Origin: Candidatus Saccharimonadota bacterium
GTDB taxonomy: Bacteria > Patescibacteriota > Saccharimonadia > CAILAD01 > BJGX01
Length of the DNA: 64,000 nt
Direction of reading: 5' to 3'
Assembly (NCBI GenBank): GCA_014191035.1
Contig: BJGX01000002.1
Span: 18,813-82,812 of the forward strand
How positions within the stretch are numbered: position 1 is the stretch's first letter; each line of letters begins with the position of its first letter. Of this stretch, positions 30,748 through 42,053 are shown piece by piece. The position numbers and the translations under genes are program-made. The notes beneath the pieces were generated by a model, which saw only the letters and a list, made by a program, of their open reading frames with translations, made no database searches and was not told the DNA's origin.

Positions 30748-33459
30748 TTATTTTTCTTCGACACCTGCAGTAGTGGATTCACGCTTGTGAGTGGCTCCGA
30801 ACTCTGCTGTATCAACGGTTGATTTTTCGACTTGTGATATGGCCAAACTTCTTAGATAGTAAGTAGTCTTTAAGCCCTGTTCCCAGGCAGCCATGTAGAT
30901 ATCGCTTAGTTGCTTACCGCTAACGCCATGTACAAAGATATTAAAGCTCTGGCTTTGATCTATCCATTTACCTCGGTGGGCGGTAACTTTTACTAAGGTG
31001 AGCGGGTTAATTTCAAACACTTCCTTGTATTTGTTGCGTAACTTTTCTGGTATTTCTGTAATTTTCTGTATTGAACCATCGTGGAATTTAATCTTCTTAA
31101 CCATTGTGTCGTTCCACATGTTAAGTTTTTTAAGATCCTCAATTAGGTAAGAGTTGATTACCGTGAAGTCACCACTCATGTTGGATTTAACATATAGGTT
31201 CTTATAGATTGGCTCGATGCATGGGTAGCAGCCGGCGATGTTTGATATGGATGCGGTTGGTGCAATGGCCATGGTATTGGAGTTGCGCATACCGTGTTTT
31301 TTAACATGGGATTTAGCATATTTCCAATCTAATTTTCCACCACGCTTAACATCGATTTTGCGTCCACGCTCTTTTTCTAGCAAGTCCACGGTGTCGGCTG
31401 GGAAAATTCCGCGCTCCCATTTTGAGCCCTTAAAGCTCTTATAAGCCCCTCGCTCCTTGGCAAGCTTGCTTGAACCTAGAATTGCGTGGTAGCTAATAAG
31501 CTCCATTGATTCATCGGCAAATTCGACGGCCTTTGGCGAGTCAAAATTAATATCAAGCATATATAGGGCGTCCTGGAAGCCCATAATTCCTAAACCAACT
31601 GGGCGGTGTTTAAGGTTTGAGTTTTCACATTCCTTGGTGGTGTAGTAACAGATATCGACCACATTATCGAGCATTCTCATGGCAAGTTCGGTAGTATTTT
31701 CAATGAGCTCTTTATCTAACTTGCCAGCCTTGATGTGCTTGGCCATGTTAATCGAACCCAAGTTACACACTGCAGTTTCGTCGGCTGAGTTATTGAGGGT
31801 TATTTCGGTGCATAGGTTAGAGTTATGGATCACGCCCTGGTGGTCTTGAGGACTGCGTACGTTACATGCATCCTTGAAGGTTATCCATGGGTGGCCAGTT
31901 TCAAATAGCATTGTTAGCATTTTTCGCCATAGCTGTATTGCGGGTATTCTGCGGAATTGACTAATTTTGCCTTCATCAGCCATTTGCTCGTATTCTTCAT
32001 AACGTTTTTTAAAGGCCGCACCATATAGGTTGTGTAAGTCCGGTGTTTCGTCTGGGCTGAATAGTGTCCATGGCTCATCGTTAGACACACGATCCATAAA
32101 TAAGTCTGGCACCCAGTTGGCAGTATTCATGTCATGAGTACGACGGCGTTCGTCACCGGTGTTTTTACGAAGCTCCAAAAAGTCTTCGATATCCAGGTGC
32201 CAAGTTTCGAGATAAGCACAGGTTGCGCCCTTGCGCTTGCCAGAACGACTAATTGCAACTGTCGTATCGTTCATAATTTTTAGAAATGGTATAACGCCCT
32301 GTGATGGAATATTGACAGTCTTAATAAGTGATCCGGTAGCACGTATGTTTGACCAGTCGGTGGCGATACCGCCAGAGTATTTGCTCATTAAGGCGTTATC
32401 AAGATAAACCTTGAAGATATGTTTAAGATCATCCTCGACGGTATTTAAAAAGCATGAGCTAAGCTGAGGTTTACTAGTTCCGGAGTGAAAGAGGGTAGGA
32501 GTCGACGGAACGTAGCGAAGAGTGGAAAGTACATCATAAAATTCCATAGCCCATTTGTCCTTGTCTTTCTTTTCGGCGATTGCAAGGCCCATAGCTATGC
32601 GCATCCAGAATCCTTGTGGCACCTCGAGGCGTCGACCGCGGCCTTGTGACTGAATGAAGTAGCGGTCATGGAGCATATCTAAGCCCATAAAGTCGAGTAA
32701 TGTATCACGCTCAGGCTTGATATACTCGGCTAGTTTTTTAAGATCGAAGCTAAGCAAGCGTTTGTCTAGCCTTCCATCTTTGACGGTATCTTTAATAAAG
32801 CTAGTAAAGCTCTCTTGGTAAGTCTCGGATAGATTGCGCTTATAATCTTTACCTAAAACTTCTTTGTAGACCTTACGAAGCATCAAGCGCGCAGATAGCT
32901 GTGAATAAAGTGGATCAATCTCGATTTGTGACTTAGCAGCCATAATCATCGAGTCTTCCAGCTCATCATATGTAATGCCATCATAAATACTCCCTTTGAC
33001 CATCTGAGCGGTTTCATCTAGGTCAACGTCGTCGGCAATTTCATCAGCTGCCTCAATTAGGTCCTTTAAAAGTTTTGCATAGCTAAAGTTTTCTAAGCTT
33101 CCATCGGGCATGGTTACTTTTAGATTGCTTTGCTCAAGCTTTTCGGCTGAACGTGCAGCTTCGGCTTCACGCATAGCTTTGTGGGTGTCACGATAAATAA
33201 TAAATGCACGCACGGTCTTATAGTGGCCATCTTTCATTAGCTGTTGCTCAATAAGATCCTGAAGTGTTTCAACATCTGGAGTAGATTCGCTAAAAGCCTG
33301 TTCAGCTTGGATTATCACCTGATCTACAACTGATATTATGTCTTCTTTACTAGCTTCTCCGCCCGAACTATCACTAGCTTTGCCAATTGCTGTTTCGATT
33401 CGGCTGCGATCAAAATCAACCATTTGCCCATTACGTTTTTTTATTTGCTCAAAACTCAT
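30748..33459 (-). CDS. nrdA: Ribonucleotide reductase class I alpha subunit with ATP-cone region
   Basis: IKKRNG ATP cone, STPTLF, SSCF, SNLCTEI, APTAS, KTTYYLR; GGAGG SD supports start 33459. Confidence 0.96.
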   Translation of the reverse strand: MSFEQIKKRNGQMVDFDRSRIETAIGKASDSSGGEASKEDIISVVDQVIIQAEQAFSESTPDVETLQDLIEQQLMKDGHYKTVRAFIIYRDTHKAMREAEAARSAEKLEQSNLKVTMPDGSLENFSYAKLLKDLIEAADEIADDVDLDETAQMVKGSIYDGITYDELEDSMIMAAKSQIEIDPLYSQLSARLMLRKVYKEVLGKDYKRNLSETYQESFTSFIKDTVKDGRLDKRLLSFDLKKLAEYIKPERDTLLDFMGLDMLHDRYFIQSQGRGRRLEVPQGFWMRIAMGLAIAEKKDKDKWAMEFYDVLSTLRYVPSTPTLFHSGTSKPQLSSCFLNTVEDDLKHIFKVYLDNALMSKYSGGIATDWSNIRATGSLIKTVNIPSQGVIPFLKIMNDTTVAISRSGKRKGATCAYLETWHLDIEDFLELRKNTGDERRRTHDMNTANWVPDLFMDRVSNDEPWTLFSPDETPDLHNLYGAAFKKRYEEYEQMADEGKISQFRRIPAIQLWRKMLTMLFETGHPWITFKDACNVRSPQDHQGVIHNSNLCTEITLNNSADETAVCNLGSINMAKHIKAGKLDKELIENTTELAMRMLDNVVDICYYTTKECENSNLKHRPVGLGIMGFQDALYMLDINFDSPKAVEFADESMELISYHAILGSSKLAKERGAYKSFKGSKWERGIFPADTVDLLEKERGRKIDVKRGGKLDWKYAKSHVKKHGMRNSNTMAIAPTASISNIAGCYPCIEPIYKNLYVKSNMSGDFTVINSYLIEDLKKLNMWNDTMVKKIKFHDGSIQKITEIPEKLRNKYKEVFEINPLTLVKVTAHRGKWIDQSQSFNIFVHGVSGKQLSDIYMAAWEQGLKTTYYLRSLAISQVEKSTVDTAEFGATHKRESTTAGVEEK

Positions 33460-33482
33460 TTCACCCTCCTTATTGGTATTTA

Positions 33483-33531
33483 TGTCTGTATATAGTGTTT
33501 TAAAGCTCTTATGCACCACTATATACATGCT
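33483..33531. promoter_or_regulatory. Candidate pair of NrdR boxes
   Basis: TGTATATAGTG (33487-33497) and CACTATATACA (33517-33527) upstream of nrdA; each matches half of acaCwAtATaTwGtg. Confidence 0.5.
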
Positions 33532-33774
33532 TATTTATGTGGTCAACGTGTTTTTTTTACTACACCCAATTTCGCACTATAAAACCCCTTTGGTGTTGGC
33601 TTGGCAAGACATTACACATAAAAATATCCCCCTTAGCACAACTATCTTCACAAAACCTGTTCGTTATTTATGATACGCTCTTCGCTTTTGTGAGTCTAGA
33701 CTTGTCAGTAATCAAAAATAATATTATAGCCTGCAAATGAGGTGCTATAATTTATATAAACTCAAGGAGGGTGT

Positions 33775-34581
33775 ATGAAAATTCAAAATAAGGTATTTGT
33801 AGTAACTGGTGCTGGAAGCGGTATTGGCCGAGAAATAACAAAGGCAATTATTGCTAGTGGCGGAAAAGTTGCTGGGGTGGATCTTCGTAAAGAGGGTCTT
33901 CAGGAATTAAAGAAAGAGCTAGGTGGGCAGGGTGATAATTTATCAATTCATGAGGCCAGTGTGGCCGACAAAAAGGCTGTCGAAGCACTACCTAAAGAAA
34001 TAATAAAAGATCAGGGCCATGTCGATGGGCTAATAAACAACGCCGGTATTATTCAGCCGTTCGTAAAAGTGAATGACCTAGATTATGACGCAATCGATAG
34101 GGTGATGGGTGTTAACTTTTACGGAACACTATATATGATAAAGGCCTTTTTACCAGAATTATTAAAGCGTCCTGAAGGAAATATTGTAAATATCTCTAGT
34201 ATGGGTGGGTTTTTGCCGGTGCCTGGCCAGAGCGTTTATGGTGCATCCAAGGCTGCAGTGAAGCTATTAAGCGAAGGCTTGTCTTCGGAATTAATTGATA
34301 CAAATGTAGGTGTAACTGTGGTATTCCCAGGAGCAACATCTACCAATATTACTAAAAACTCGGGTGTTAAATCGCCAATGAGCGAGGAGGATGCTAAAAA
34401 AGCCAAAATTCCAACGCAATCTCCTGCCGATGTTGCCAAACTTGTCGTGAGAGCTATCCAAAATAATCAATTAAGGGTTTATGCAGGTAAAGATTCTAAA
34501 TTTATGAATAAGATTTACAGACTCAGTCCAGACTATGCTACAAATCTTATAGCAAAGCAGATGAAGTCACTTTTAAAATAG
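33775..34581 (+). CDS. Short-chain dehydrogenase/reductase
   Basis: TGAGSGIG, NNAG, YGASK. Confidence 0.93.
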   Translation: MKIQNKVFVVTGAGSGIGREITKAIIASGGKVAGVDLRKEGLQELKKELGGQGDNLSIHEASVADKKAVEALPKEIIKDQGHVDGLINNAGIIQPFVKVNDLDYDAIDRVMGVNFYGTLYMIKAFLPELLKRPEGNIVNISSMGGFLPVPGQSVYGASKAAVKLLSEGLSSELIDTNVGVTVVFPGATSTNITKNSGVKSPMSEEDAKKAKIPTQSPADVAKLVVRAIQNNQLRVYAGKDSKFMNKIYRLSPDYATNLIAKQMKSLLK

Positions 34582-34591
34582 TATTTATACG

Positions 34592-34618
34592 AAAAAACCC
34601 CACATCAATGATGTGAGG
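34592..34618 (-). terminator. Intrinsic terminator
   Basis: Minus strand CCTCACATCA-T-TGATGTGGGG-TTTTTT. Confidence 0.8.
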
Positions 34619-34763
34619 TAGGTGATGACCCGAGGGCTTGCTTGGCGAGAGAAGTCGAACTTCTCAGCAAACCCCCGGGTCGAGCGGTGCCTGGGTCCCT
34701 GCGGAGGAGAAGGGAAGGAGCACGTCTGCAGTTGCAGGGCCCAGGCATACGCTAGCGCGTCCA
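34592..34763 (-). ncRNA. Candidate structured small RNA or long structured 3' UTR
   Basis: Two long GC stems, G-U pairs favouring the minus strand, TTGGCA-16-TATAAT upstream, terminator at the 3' end. Confidence 0.5.
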
Positions 34764-34786
34764 CTAGCGATTATATGCCGGCAAGG

Positions 34787-35218
34787 TTAGTTGCCAATGC
34801 CGGACGAAGCATGTGAGCTGTTGCACTTGCCGCTGTCCTCAGCGACAGTTTCGGTACTCCAGAGCTCATTGCCGTTCGATGGCGGGACAAGTGCTACATC
34901 GTAGCACTGAACGTTGCCCTCTGACCACCGGGCTACCAAGCTACCATCGTCGTAGTGGTAAACTCTGATGCCCTGAACGTCTGAGCCACTAAGCTCGGCC
35001 GAAGCCTTGAGCTCACGCTCAATTTGATCGACAAGCTTCAGCTCATCATTGAAGCTGTGGTTAATTTGAACTAATGCTCCACCGAAAAGCAAAGCAATCA
35101 GGCCCACAGCAATCAGAAGAAAAATGAGTTTCGGGCTGGTGCGTTTCCGGTCGATTTCGTCATCGACCCACTCGGGGGCCGTGACACCATCATCTCGCGT
35201 GGTGCTGATAAACGGCAT
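34787..35218 (-). CDS. GC-rich hypothetical single-TM protein
   Basis: AAGGAG SD; one TM; perfect promoter upstream. Confidence 0.75.
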   Translation of the reverse strand: MPFISTTRDDGVTAPEWVDDEIDRKRTSPKLIFLLIAVGLIALLFGGALVQINHSFNDELKLVDQIERELKASAELSGSDVQGIRVYHYDDGSLVARWSEGNVQCYDVALVPPSNGNELWSTETVAEDSGKCNSSHASSGIGN

Positions 35219-35267
35219 ACGTCACTCCTTGGGTACGGTCAGGGAATGACTCCCTGAATTCGCTGTA

Positions 35268-35296
35268 ATTATAACCTTAAATAGTTTAAATGTCAA
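35268..35296 (-). promoter_or_regulatory. Consensus sigma70 promoter
   Basis: TTGACA-17 bp-TATAAT on minus strand. Confidence 0.85.
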
Positions 35297-35322
35297 TATA
35301 TAAAGTCTGTTAGAATATATTT

Positions 35323-35610
35323 ATGAAGCAAACTAAAAAACGCTCATTAATTGATTATTTGTTTAAGTGCAAAGATGGAAAATACGTGTATTTTCAGTTT
35401 CCAAATTTGCCTTTGATGATTGCAATATTAGCTTACGGCTTAAGTCTGGTGATATTTGCTAAGCCCTATAATGGTATTTTAAACATTATCTTTACTGCCT
35501 CGATTATAGTCTGGTCAATACTCGAGATATTCTGGGGAGTTAATTTGTTTAGGAGGATTTTTGGAGCCTTAATCCTTGGCTTTGTGTTATTTGGCCTGAT
35601 TATGGGTTAG
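35323..35610 (+). CDS. Small 3-TM membrane protein
   Basis: Hydrophobic ORF; TGTTAGAAT 6 nt before ATG. Confidence 0.75.
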   Translation: MKQTKKRSLIDYLFKCKDGKYVYFQFPNLPLMIAILAYGLSLVIFAKPYNGILNIIFTASIIVWSILEIFWGVNLFRRIFGALILGFVLFGLIMG

Positions 35611-35619
35611 AATTGAGCT

Positions 35620-36171
35620 ATGAAAGAACAGGTTGTATTGGTAGACGAAAATAATAAAAAACTTGGACTAGAAGACAAATACCAGGTTCACACCGGAGAA
35701 ACTCCCTTACATCGCGGGTTCTCGATGTTTATTTTTAACAGTAAGGGCGAGCTACTTCTGCAACAACGCTCGGATAAAAAGATAACCTGGCCTAGTGTTT
35801 GGAGTAATTCTGTGTGTGGGCACCCTGCTGATGGTGAATCGCCTCAAGAAGCTGCAAAAAGACGTGCAGAGTTTGAGTTAGGCATGCAAATTGAACTAGA
35901 CGAAATAAAACTCATTTTGCCAAATTACAGATATCGATATGAACACAAGGGCGTGGTGGAAAACGAAATATGCCCGGTTATGGTGGCATTTGGAGATTAC
36001 AAGTTTAATCCGAACCCTGATGAAGTCAAAGATGTCCGATTTGTAAAATGGGGTGACTTTTTAGAGGAAATATCAAAGGCAAACGAGTACTCCGAATGGT
36101 GCCAAGAAGAAGCCATGCTTTTAAATAGCAATTCAGAATTTAAGAAGCTATTTAGCGAACACACCAAATAG
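35620..36171 (+). CDS. idi: Isopentenyl-diphosphate delta-isomerase type 1
   Basis: LHRGFS, LLQQRS..K.TWP.VWSNSVCGHP, ENEICPV. Confidence 0.93.
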   Translation: MKEQVVLVDENNKKLGLEDKYQVHTGETPLHRGFSMFIFNSKGELLLQQRSDKKITWPSVWSNSVCGHPADGESPQEAAKRRAEFELGMQIELDEIKLILPNYRYRYEHKGVVENEICPVMVAFGDYKFNPNPDEVKDVRFVKWGDFLEEISKANEYSEWCQEEAMLLNSNSEFKKLFSEHTK

Positions 36172-36207
36172 TTGCCATTAGATAACCATAAGGTTTATTA
36201 TGGTTGT

Positions 36208-37110
36208 ATGGATAATGCAATTCAAACTGCAGGATTAAGTAAAAAATATGGTAACAAATGGGCTATTCGTGGAGTTGAAATTGAGGTCCCTAGAAAAAGT
36301 GTATACGGCTTTCTGGGCCCTAACGGCGCCGGCAAGACAACAACCATTCGTTGTCTGATGAATTTTATTAAACCCACCAAGGGCATTATTAGCGTACTGG
36401 GTATGGACTCTCAGGACGATGCCAAAATGATCCATAAAAGAGTGGGCTATTTGACTGGTGAAATGGACTACTATGAAAACCTTACCGGTCGGCAATACAT
36501 CAGCTATATGGGTCATTTGCAGGGGAATCATGATAAAACTGAGGTCAATAAGCTTGCCAAACGCCTCAAGGCTGATCTGGGTGTGAAAATTAAAACCTTA
36601 AGTAGGGGAAACAAACAAAAGATTGGCTTGATATCGGCTTTTCAGCACAAACCAGAACTACTGGTTCTTGATGAGCCAACCAGTGGGCTAGACCCGATAC
36701 TTCAACGCGAATTTGTCGATATGGTCTTCGAGCATAAAGAAGCTGGCGGAACGACTTTTATAAGTTCACACTTTTTAATGGAAGTAGAACAAATGTGCGA
36801 TATGGTATGTTTTATAAATAAAGGCCGCGTTGTCGAGGAAATGACACTCGAAAAACTTCACGAAAGATCAATTCACGAGTTCGACGTAGTGTTTAAAGAC
36901 AAAAAAGCCTCTAAAGATATGCTAGATGGAGTTAAGGGTATTAAGGAGCTTAAAGTTAGTGATAATTTTATGCATTGTCATATAGCCGGCTCGGTTGATG
37001 GGTTTTTAAAGGCTATTGCAAAACAACCTGTTAGAAGCCTTCGAACCAGGGAGCTTGACTTAGAAGAGATATTTTTGAAAATGTATGGTAGGGATGTGCC
37101 AAATGTTTAG
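36208..37110 (+). CDS. ABC-2 type exporter ATPase
   Basis: GPNGAGKTT, LSRG, LDEPTSGLD, SSH. Confidence 0.92.
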   Translation: MDNAIQTAGLSKKYGNKWAIRGVEIEVPRKSVYGFLGPNGAGKTTTIRCLMNFIKPTKGIISVLGMDSQDDAKMIHKRVGYLTGEMDYYENLTGRQYISYMGHLQGNHDKTEVNKLAKRLKADLGVKIKTLSRGNKQKIGLISAFQHKPELLVLDEPTSGLDPILQREFVDMVFEHKEAGGTTFISSHFLMEVEQMCDMVCFINKGRVVEEMTLEKLHERSIHEFDVVFKDKKASKDMLDGVKGIKELKVSDNFMHCHIAGSVDGFLKAIAKQPVRSLRTRELDLEEIFLKMYGRDVPNV

Positions 37111-37893
37111 AACTCCCGTACTTAAAACTTTATACGATAAGCGCTGGGTAATTTTGGCTTGGTCTTTAGGCGCATTTGCGATGAATCTTTTAATAACCTG
37201 GATCTTTCCTGATTTTAAAAACCCACAGCTAGTTGAGGTCTTTAAGAGCCTTCCAGAATCATTACAGGCCTTTTCGGGCTCACTAGATATTGGAACAATT
37301 GATAAATATTTAGATAGCCAAGTGTTTTTTAACAATGGATCATTTATATTTTGGATATTAGGTATAAGCATCGGAGTAAATTTGCTCTCGACCGATGAAG
37401 ATAAAGGAACTTTGGAGACAACCTTGTCTACTAAAATATCTCGCAATCGTCTGTATGTTGAAAAATTTATAGCGATGACGTTTATATTCTTGGCTGTAAA
37501 TATTGCATCAACCTTAGGAATATGGCTGGGCTTATTTATTATTCATGAACCCGTAAGTGCAGTAAGGATTGTTCAGGCTACATTTATGCTGTTTATTTTT
37601 ACATGCCTTTTGGGCTCATTCTCATTTGGTATCGGGGCATTGTCTGGTAAAAAGAACTTATCAATAGGCATACCGACACTTACTTTAGTAGTTATGTTCT
37701 TGGTCTACACTTTCGCACAAACTGTTGACTGGATGAAAAATTGGGATAAATTTACCTGGAACTATTACTATTCGAAAGGTCAGACAGTGATAAACGGAAT
37801 CTCTTATAGGGACTTTGCCGTTTTAATTGCTTTTGTAGCGATATTTTTTATAGCTGGTTTGATATTTTTTAATAAAAGAGACCTGCGCAAATA

Positions 37894-37894
<1 letters not shown>
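37103..37894 (+). CDS. ABC-2 type exporter permease
   Basis: 6 TM, EDKGTLE...ISR motif; overlaps the ATPase stop. Confidence 0.88.
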
Positions 37895-39603
<1,709 letters not shown>

Positions 39604-39616
39604 TTAAAAAAGCCCC

Positions 39617-40312
39617 CTAACCAGTAGAGGGCTTATTTTTAGGATTACTAACCATAAGCTCGTACAGTATTTTAACCAGAATATTAGGTTCAAAAACCCC
39701 AATATCTGTCGACTCATACAAAGAGTCGAGAATTTGTGCGAGCTTTTTCTGCTCTTGTCTTGTTGGTATCTGCCTAGATATTTCCATAAGAAAATACTTC
39801 TTATCGAACTTAAAGGATGAAATTCTGTAATGCATCCCGCCAAGTCTAGATAGTATCAACAATAATTGCTGAGCCTCCGGAGGCGACATCATTCTGATTG
39901 ACGGCGATCTGTTAAGAATGGATTCGACTTGCCTTCTGGTTTCGCCTGGCCCCCAGGCTTCCATAAATTCAGCAACTGTCCAGTTTCCATCCTTCATGCT
40001 CTCAAAAGTCACTCGCTTGGTGCTTTGATTAATACTACCAGAGGGTCGACCAGGCTTCTTTTTTACAAAAGCAAGACCCTTTAAGACAAGGTTTTCGACC
40101 TCGCTTTTTACATAAAAGTTAGCACCTGGAAAGCCAGGCGCCTTGATTGGCATAGCGTTATGTAGCTTCATAAAGTCAGAAAAACCCGCTGGATTTTTAC
40201 GGTTCATGATTAATAGTGCTTGCTGTGTGGTTACGAGTTCAGGATTTTGAAGTGCGGCCCACTCGCGCCTTCTTTGTTCTCGTAGTTTGCTATATTCGCT
40301 GTTGTCGTTCAT
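39617..40312 (-). CDS. Hypothetical putative DNA-binding protein
   Basis: N-terminal excisionase/MerR-like pattern; KKPGRP; GGAG SD; TTGATA-17-TATAAA at 40346-40374. Confidence 0.65.
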   Translation of the reverse strand: MNDNSEYSKLREQRRREWAALQNPELVTTQQALLIMNRKNPAGFSDFMKLHNAMPIKAPGFPGANFYVKSEVENLVLKGLAFVKKKPGRPSGSINQSTKRVTFESMKDGNWTVAEFMEAWGPGETRRQVESILNRSPSIRMMSPPEAQQLLLILSRLGGMHYRISSFKFDKKYFLMEISRQIPTRQEQKKLAQILDSLYESTDIGVFEPNILVKILYELMVSNPKNKPSTG

Positions 40313-40428
40313 AGCAATCTCCAGTCGCGGCGGGGTAGTTATTAATTTATAGCTTAAGAACGTACTATTATCAAGTTTATTTAAACTAAAATATAGGTAT
40401 AATAAGAAAAGCGAACCAAGGAGTAAAG

Positions 40429-40833
40429 GTGGGGGAATTCTACGAAGTTCACGAAGCTATCCGCTACATTTACCCAGAACAAGCAGTTCCTATCAAGCAA
40501 ATGGTGTCGGCAGTTACAAAAGACCCAACAAAAGTTAGACCCATTTTTGGGGCCATTGGTTTCGATTTTATACGGCTAGTTTACTTTGAGATTGATGATG
40601 GAGAGTTGCTTAGGCACATTGTCGCAGAGCCCGAAACATATTATTGGGGCGATGAAATTAGCCTCGAAGAAGCACTACTTATGAATGGCCTCGAGGAAAT
40701 AGACGAAGTAACTAACTCTGACCGGTTTGTTTATACCAGCTGGGGAGCATTTATTCCGCTTAAGTCTAATGAACTAGTTTTGCCTTACCCAGAACTGCCA
40801 GAATTACCGGCTGATATGAGGCTGGATTTATAG
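40429..40833 (+). CDS. Hypothetical protein (paralog of 41156-41566)
   Basis: AAGGAG SD; shares GA.GFDFI, ETYYWG, SWG..IPLK. Confidence 0.8.
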   Translation: MGEFYEVHEAIRYIYPEQAVPIKQMVSAVTKDPTKVRPIFGAIGFDFIRLVYFEIDDGELLRHIVAEPETYYWGDEISLEEALLMNGLEEIDEVTNSDRFVYTSWGAFIPLKSNELVLPYPELPELPADMRLDL

Positions 40834-40848
40834 CCCCCGCATAGGGGC

Positions 40849-41061
40849 TTATTTTATTATTTGTTGCACAAAAACAATAGCCAGGCCTAAAGATAGCGGA
40901 TATATTAAAAATAGCCAGATATAAGATACGGCTGAGGTTTGTTTAGGTTTTTTTATAAAGTCGTACCAGCTCTTGATTTTTAACTTAGAGGCAATAAGGT
41001 TTAGAACTATAGCACTTAATAAAAGAACGTATCCATATAATAAAGCTTTTGCTAAAAACAT
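40849..41061 (-). CDS. Small 2-TM membrane protein
   Basis: 70 aa hydrophobic ORF. Confidence 0.6.
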   Translation of the reverse strand: MFLAKALLYGYVLLLSAIVLNLIASKLKIKSWYDFIKKPKQTSAVSYIWLFLIYPLSLGLAIVFVQQIIK

Positions 41062-41155
41062 AATTATAGATTATCACACATTGCCTAACCTGCTAAAAGT
41101 ATTGCTTTTTTTAGTTTTTTGTTGTATAGTATGCGTAACCGAGAAAAGGAGCACC

Positions 41156-41566
41156 ATGGCTAACGAGCCAGAAATCTTCCGCACTGAACTTGAGGTTCAT
41201 AAGTGTGTGAGGTATATTTACCTCGATACAGTTGTGCCAATTAAGGATTTTTCAGATCGGAAGAGTGATAACCCGGCCGATGTTGAGCCAGTCAATGGAG
41301 CCGTCGGCTTTGATTTCATCAGCGTTATCTACTTCGACTTCGAGGGTCGCACCTTGCGACATATTCTTGGAGAAGCAGAAACGTATTACTGGGGTCAAGA
41401 GCTCTCTCGTGAGGAGCTCGAAACCATGCCCGACATGGGTGGGGTTCTCCGCAGGACCGAGTCCCAAAGGTTTCTCTTGAGCTCGTGGGGAGGAATCATT
41501 CCACTCAAGGCTCACGAGTTTGCCATCGCCCCTAATTTTAGCGAAGCGCTAAGAGATTTTAGCTGA
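41156..41566 (+). CDS. Hypothetical protein (paralog of 40429-40833), GC-richer
   Basis: AAGGAG SD before ATG 41156; TTGCTT-17-TATAGT at 41102-41130; CCCCCCGT/ACGGGGGG hairpin downstream. Confidence 0.8.
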   Translation: MANEPEIFRTELEVHKCVRYIYLDTVVPIKDFSDRKSDNPADVEPVNGAVGFDFISVIYFDFEGRTLRHILGEAETYYWGQELSREELETMPDMGGVLRRTESQRFLLSSWGGIIPLKAHEFAIAPNFSEALRDFS

Positions 41567-41672
41567 TTTTAAATCGGCTTTTGCCCCCCGTCTAACGGGG
41601 GGTTTAATTTTGTAGTAATAGCTATTCTTATGTAATATAAGAAATATATTAAATAATTAGCAGGAGAACATT

Positions 41673-42053
41673 ATGCATATAAAAGATCTCGAATCAAAAG
41701 CTATGGAAAACACAACCTTTAGAACGGTACTTGCAACATCAAAACATACACAAGTAGTAGTCATGGATGTTAAGCCAGGAGAAGACATTGGTAAAGAAAT
41801 TCATCCTAATGAAGATCAGGTATTGTATCTTATTTCAGGCAGGGGAACGATCTATATGGACGGCAAGGAAATGGATTTTAATAAAGGCGATTGTGTTTTA
41901 GTTCCAGCTGGCACCGAGCACAACTTTACTACTATTGGTGACGAGTCTATGAAAATTATTACAACCTATAGTCCTCCTCATCATCCAGATGGTACCGTTC
42001 ATAAAACTAAGGTTGATGCTGAAGCTGCCGAATTAGAGCACGATGCACACTAA
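41673..42053 (+). CDS. Cupin domain protein
   Basis: GEDIGKEIH...DQ, VPAGTEHN, YSPPHH. Confidence 0.9.
   Translation: MHIKDLESKAMENTTFRTVLATSKHTQVVVMDVKPGEDIGKEIHPNEDQVLYLISGRGTIYMDGKEMDFNKGDCVLVPAGTEHNFTTIGDESMKIITTYSPPHHPDGTVHKTKVDAEAAELEHDAH

Noticed and set aside
33537-33740. 67 aa ORF between nrdA and the SDR gene
   Set aside because: No SD or motif; it lies in the divergent promoter region
34622-34816. 64 aa plus-strand ORF
   Set aside because: No recognisable protein features; it overlaps strong RNA stems whose G-U pairing and terminator favour a minus-strand RNA
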